A stretch of DNA of 32,000 nt from NCBI GenBank assembly GCA_030604855.1, contig JAUVVC010000002.1, forward strand, positions 60,001 through 92,000. Reading direction: 5' to 3'. Below are positions 28,002-32,000 of this stretch, piece by piece. The notes under the pieces were generated by a model. The model saw only the letters and a program-made list of their open reading frames with translations. It searched no databases and had not been told where the DNA came from. Each line of letters opens with the position of its first letter. The first letter of the stretch is position 1. The stretch is from Erysipelotrichaceae bacterium. GTDB lineage: Bacteria; Bacillota_I; Bacilli_A; Erysipelotrichales; Erysipelotrichaceae. Made by a program: the position numbers and the translations under genes.

Positions 28002-28031
28002 ATGGTATTCTATCTTCAGCGAGGTAGAAAA

Positions 28032-28664
28032 ATGAAAATAGCTGTCATTGGAGCCAATGGGAAAGCAGGACGACTTATCGTAGAAGAAGCACAAAACCGT
28101 TGTCATGAAGTGCTGGCGATCGTTCGTGATCGCAGTAAACTTGATGTAAACTTTAACGTGCTTGAGAAAGATGTGTTGTCACTGGAACGTGATGATTTAA
28201 TGAATTTGGATGTACTTATAAACGCATTGGGTGCAGGAACACAAGATCCCATCCTTTATCAAGATGCGACGAAACATCTGATCGAAGTATTGGAAAACCT
28301 TCCAAAGCTTCGCTATCTGGTTGTGGGTGGGGCTGGAAGTCTTTTTACAGATTCAAGCATGACAAAGGCTTTATACGAAACAGAAACGTTTCCTGAAGTG
28401 ATCTATCCTACAGCCATGAACATGGCTAAAGCCTTAGAATTGTTGCGCGATAGTTCGATACAATGGACCTTCTTTAGTCCAGCGATCCAATTTGATTTCA
28501 AGGGTAGGCGTACAGGGGAATACCAATTAGGCAGTGAATGGGTCATCCTGAACCAGGCGAAAGACAGCTATATCAGTTATGCGGATTATGTCATTGCATT
28601 GATGGATGAAGTTGAGAAGCCACAGTTCATCTGTAAACGATTCACTGCGGTAAGTGAACGATAA
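28032..28664 (+). CDS. NAD(P)H-binding atypical SDR / NmrA-like oxidoreductase
   Basis: The N-terminus MKIAVIGANGKAGRLIVEEA is a Rossmann fold, and the size is ~210 aa. I prefer the ATG at 28032 (RBS GAGGT) because the track start at 28002 lies inside the upstream terminator. Confidence 0.75.
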   Translation: MKIAVIGANGKAGRLIVEEAQNRCHEVLAIVRDRSKLDVNFNVLEKDVLSLERDDLMNLDVLINALGAGTQDPILYQDATKHLIEVLENLPKLRYLVVGGAGSLFTDSSMTKALYETETFPEVIYPTAMNMAKALELLRDSSIQWTFFSPAIQFDFKGRRTGEYQLGSEWVILNQAKDSYISYADYVIALMDEVEKPQFICKRFTAVSER

Positions 28665-28693
28665 AAAAACTCAAGCTTAATTGCTTGAGTTTT
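28663..28693. terminator. Bidirectional intrinsic terminator between convergent genes
   Basis: A7-CTCAAGC-ttaatt-GCTTGAG-TTTT. The A run upstream and T run downstream let it work on both strands. Confidence 0.8.
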
Positions 28694-28695
28694 GC

Positions 28696-29586
28696 TTATT
28701 TGACTAAGTTGTGTTCTTTTAAGAAGTCGTAAGCGACTTGGTATGGATCTTCATCCAAGACATCGACGCGATAGTTTAATGCGATGGTGTTTTCTTGATT
28801 GAATAAACCTGTGACTTTGTTCAAGGCTGCTTCCACACCAGGAAATCTTTCTTCAATATCAGCCAATACGATGAATGAACCATTGTATTCCGGGAAGAAT
28901 TTTTTGTCATCTTCAAGGAGAACCAAGTCTGACTTCAAGATCATTCCATCTGTCGAATAAGCCAATGTCACATCGAACTGCTCACTTTCCATTCCAACAT
29001 ATTTCAAGTCATTGGAAATGGGTGTTGCGGACTTGAAATCAAGTCCGTAGAATTCAGTGAATGGGATGAAACGGACAGTCCCATCTTCGTTAAAGAAGGT
29101 ATCCTCAGTCCCAAAGCGCAATTCTGAAGCGACTTTAGCTAAATCACTGATGGTTTTCAAATTGTATGCTTCTGCCGTTGTACGACGTACGGCGACGGCA
29201 TAGGTGTTCTCAAATCCCAGTTTATTAAGAAGTTTGACACCATAATCTTCTTGAGCTTTTTGATTGGCATAGTCGAATAGACTCATGCCTTCAGGAACTT
29301 CAGATACATCCCGATTCATGAAGGTGGCCATCATCGTTCCATCATAACTCAATGCCGCATGCATGCGACCTGCTTTGATTTCTGAGTGACCTAAAGAGGT
29401 AGACATATAGTCGGTAACCTCGACTTCATGATCTGTGTATTCGTTTATTAGGATTTCTGCCATGTGCGAGAAGATGTACATCTCTCCAAAGTCACCATTT
29501 GCGATAACGATCTTATTCTCATTCTTAGCGGTGCACCCACTAAAGATCAGTAAACTTAATAACAATGCTGCAAGTATTTTTTTCAT
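28696..29586 (-). CDS. opuCC: Osmoprotectant (glycine betaine/choline/carnitine) ABC substrate-binding lipoprotein
   Basis: 296 aa with a signal peptide and lipobox LIFSGC. OpuBC/OpuCC-type body. Confidence 0.8.
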   Translation of the reverse strand: MKKILAALLLSLLIFSGCTAKNENKIVIANGDFGEMYIFSHMAEILINEYTDHEVEVTDYMSTSLGHSEIKAGRMHAALSYDGTMMATFMNRDVSEVPEGMSLFDYANQKAQEDYGVKLLNKLGFENTYAVAVRRTTAEAYNLKTISDLAKVASELRFGTEDTFFNEDGTVRFIPFTEFYGLDFKSATPISNDLKYVGMESEQFDVTLAYSTDGMILKSDLVLLEDDKKFFPEYNGSFIVLADIEERFPGVEAALNKVTGLFNQENTIALNYRVDVLDEDPYQVAYDFLKEHNLVK

Positions 29587-29587
29587 A

Positions 29588-30190
29588 TTATACTCCTCTC
29601 TGATTTTTTGGTAATAGTCTATTCTCGTAATAACTCATGATGGCATCGACGACGATGGCCATGGCCATGAGTGTCAAGGTTCCTTGTAAGATAAATGTGA
29701 AGTTCATGGTACGGATACCACGGTATAGGACGTAACCTAAACCACCGCCACCAACAAAGAAACCCATGACTGCTGAACCAATCGAATTGACCAGCGAAAT
29801 GCGCATTCCCGCAAAAATCAGGGGAAAGGCAAGGGGAAGCTCCACTTTGAAGAGTTTGGTCATTTTTGGCATGCCCATCCCTTCTGCTGCTTCCTTGATG
29901 GCTGGAGCGACTTCCATCAAACCGACCATCGTGTTACGAACGACCGGTAATAAGTTGTACAAGGTGAGACCGACGATGACGGTTGTCGGGCTGGCTCCAA
30001 AGAAGACCATAAGCAAACCGAGGGTTGCCAAAGTTGGAATGGTTTGAAATAAATCAAACACAAAGATGACATACTTTCTAACCTTCGGGAATAGATAAGC
30101 GATGATTCCAAAGATCAAACCAAATACGATGGTGAATAAAGCTGCCATAAGCACTAAATAGATGTGCTGTGTCACATGTTCTAGTTTCAT
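29588..30190 (-). CDS. opuCD: Osmoprotectant ABC transporter permease
   Basis: 200 aa, multi-TM BPD-transporter-type permease. It starts 1 nt after the upstream permease's stop. Confidence 0.8.
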   Translation of the reverse strand: MKLEHVTQHIYLVLMAALFTIVFGLIFGIIAYLFPKVRKYVIFVFDLFQTIPTLATLGLLMVFFGASPTTVIVGLTLYNLLPVVRNTMVGLMEVAPAIKEAAEGMGMPKMTKLFKVELPLAFPLIFAGMRISLVNSIGSAVMGFFVGGGGLGYVLYRGIRTMNFTFILQGTLTLMAMAIVVDAIMSYYENRLLPKNQRGV

Positions 30191-30191
30191 A

Positions 30192-30839
30192 TTAATTCCT
30201 CCTCAAGCCACGCGGTGTGAGTTTGACTTGGACTTTGTCAATCAGAAAGCCAAGACCGATGGCCATCAAGGCCGCTGGAATCGATCCCATGACAATGAAC
30301 TGTTTCATATTACTGTTGATGCCGATATAGATGAATTCACCTAAACCGCCTTGACCGATCATTGCGGCAAGAACCGCCCAACTGACCGTGTAGATGGTGG
30401 ACATCCGGATCCCCGTGATGATGCTGTTGAGTGCCATTGGCAATTCAACACGCCATAAGAGAATCCAAGGATTCATACCGATGCCTCGACCCGCTTCAAT
30501 CAAAGCCGGGTCCACCGTTACGATGCCTGTATAGGCATTTTTTAAGACTGGTAGAATGGCATAAACCGACAAGGCGATGATGATCGTTTCAGGACGCATT
30601 CCGATGTAAATGAAGAGCACACCGATAAACACAATCCCTGGAATCGTCTGGAAAATGCCCAGTATCGGCATTAGATATTTCGCAGCTTTTTTAAAGCGCG
30701 ACAAGGCAATCGCAAGAATGACCGCGATGATCGATCCGATCGTCACGGATATGATCACAAAGTAGAAATGGGTTAGGATGGCGTTCATTAGGCGTGGTGC
30801 GTAACGAACCCACATGCCCCAATCAAACATTGTTCTCAC
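30192..30839 (-). CDS. opuCB: Osmoprotectant ABC transporter permease
   Basis: 215 aa, multi-TM BPD-type permease paralogous to the adjacent one. It overlaps the ATPase gene by 17 nt. Confidence 0.8.
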   Translation of the reverse strand: MRTMFDWGMWVRYAPRLMNAILTHFYFVIISVTIGSIIAVILAIALSRFKKAAKYLMPILGIFQTIPGIVFIGVLFIYIGMRPETIIIALSVYAILPVLKNAYTGIVTVDPALIEAGRGIGMNPWILLWRVELPMALNSIITGIRMSTIYTVSWAVLAAMIGQGGLGEFIYIGINSNMKQFIVMGSIPAALMAIGLGFLIDKVQVKLTPRGLRRN

Positions 30840-31947
30840 CCCACAAGGTGGTGCTTAGTGATCGAGCGATTGAGCCTTTGGTAATGATGCCGACGACTTT
30901 TTGTTTGTCATTCAAGACGACAACGAAGTCTGCACGTTGATTTTGAATCGCATCCATGGCTTCTTTGGCATGGGCCTCGGTGGATAAGGTGATGACATCG
31001 TTACGAATGATGTTTTCAATCGTTTGTCCAGGGACACCACGCTTTTGAAGATCATCGATATTGACGATGCCCAAATAGGTGTTCGTTTTATCGACAACCA
31101 CAACGGAGTCCGTGCCTTTACTGCGCATCAATTCCAAACTCTCAAGAACCTTACGTTTCGAATCCACCTTTAAGACATTGGTCTTCATGATCTCACCACA
31201 GGTCAACTCAATCGTATTGTTTTGTTTTGTATGCTTACCCATGAACTGACGGATGATATCCGCTTTCGGATTTCTTAACATTTCCTCAGGGCTGTCCATT
31301 TGGACGATGTCCCCTTTATCCATAAAGACGATTTTATCGCCTAGTTTAATGGCTTCTTCCATGTCATGGGTGACAAACACGGTTGTGATGTTCAACTTTT
31401 GTTGAAGATCCTTGAGTTCTTCCTGTAAAGTATCCCGTGTGATGGGATCCAGGGCCCCGAAGGGTTCATCCATCAAGAGGACAGGGGGGCGTGCGGCGAG
31501 AGCTCTGAGCACTCCGACACGTTGTTGTTGACCACCGGACATCTCATTGGGATATTTATGGGCGTATTCTTCATAGGGAAGATCGACCATCTCCAAGAGT
31601 TCACGAACACGTTTGTCCATGTCTTCTTTCTCCCATTTCAGGAGCCTTGGAACGACACTGATGTTCTGTGCAACGGTCATGTTGGGGAATAAGCCAATCT
31701 GTTGGATGACGTACCCAATGTGTGTTCTTAAATCGGTTAAATCTTTTTGTGTTATATCTTCATTGTCAATTAATATCTTTCCAGAATCCATGGGTATCAA
31801 TCGATTGATCATCTTTAAAGTGGTCGTTTTACCACAGCCGGATGGACCAATAAGTACAATAAATTCACCATCGTTGATGGTAAAACTTAAGTCATTAATG
31901 ATTGGTTTTCCATGATAAGATTTGGAAATATGCTGAAATTCAATCAT
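30823..31947 (-). CDS. opuCA: Osmoprotectant ABC transporter ATP-binding protein with tandem C-terminal CBS domains
   Basis: NBD motifs GPSGCGKTT, MSGGQQQR and LLMDEPFGALD, plus two C-terminal CBS-like repeats. I prefer the ATG at 31945-31947 (RBS AGGAGGAAAA) to the track start at 31989. Confidence 0.9.
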   Translation of the reverse strand: MIEFQHISKSYHGKPIINDLSFTINDGEFIVLIGPSGCGKTTTLKMINRLIPMDSGKILIDNEDITQKDLTDLRTHIGYVIQQIGLFPNMTVAQNISVVPRLLKWEKEDMDKRVRELLEMVDLPYEEYAHKYPNEMSGGQQQRVGVLRALAARPPVLLMDEPFGALDPITRDTLQEELKDLQQKLNITTVFVTHDMEEAIKLGDKIVFMDKGDIVQMDSPEEMLRNPKADIIRQFMGKHTKQNNTIELTCGEIMKTNVLKVDSKRKVLESLELMRSKGTDSVVVVDKTNTYLGIVNIDDLQKRGVPGQTIENIIRNDVITLSTEAHAKEAMDAIQNQRADFVVVLNDKQKVVGIITKGSIARSLSTTLWGENNV

Positions 31948-32000
31948 AGTTTTCCTCCTATTCACGCAAATATACCAACATTTTATCATATAAATGTCTC

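Noticed and set aside
28002-28031. Upstream start for the NAD(P)H-binding protein at 28002. Similar upstream starts appear at 14044 for anmK and 31989 for opuCA.
   Set aside because: The 28002 start lies in the T-tract of the upstream terminator. In all three cases an internal ATG with a good RBS gives the family-typical N-terminus.
28696-31947. The OpuC-type operon as something unusual, given gene order A-B-D-C rather than the B. subtilis order A-B-C-D.
   Set aside because: All four components are standard and complete: a CBS-domain ATPase, two permeases and a lipoprotein SBP. A gene-order permutation alone is ordinary variation.

Overview
Densely coding chromosomal window: 30 supported CDS, short intergenic gaps, frequent 1-23 nt start/stop overlaps. 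I saw no rRNA, tRNA, CRISPR array, transposase, integrase or long inverted repeats. Gene content, TTG starts, AGGAG-type ribosome-binding sites and hairpin plus T-run terminators point to a moderate-GC Bacillota genome; Erysipelotrichia-like is only a guess. Ordinary content: a gdhA-serC-serA-DUF1015-Fe-ADH operon, mscS, anmK, asnA, a split transketolase, a fructose PTS operon (EIIA-fruR-fruK-fruA) and an OpuC-type osmoprotectant ABC operon. Four things deserve a second look. (1) A MacB/FtsX-type ABC transporter is translationally coupled to a membrane protein with 4-5 PASTA repeats and no kinase or PBP domain (24453-27966). (2) A stand-alone CarH-like B12-binding-domain protein with no DNA-binding domain is translationally coupled to a LolCDE-like ABC transporter (18228-20678). 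(3) An opine dehydrogenase is coupled to a 619-aa protein with an N-terminal DxHxxG cobalamin-binding domain (672-3592). (4) Two tandem NBD-FtsX fusion proteins are structurally asymmetric (9767-13132). All functional calls come from reading motifs in the supplied translations. No database search was possible, so novelty claims are hypotheses.
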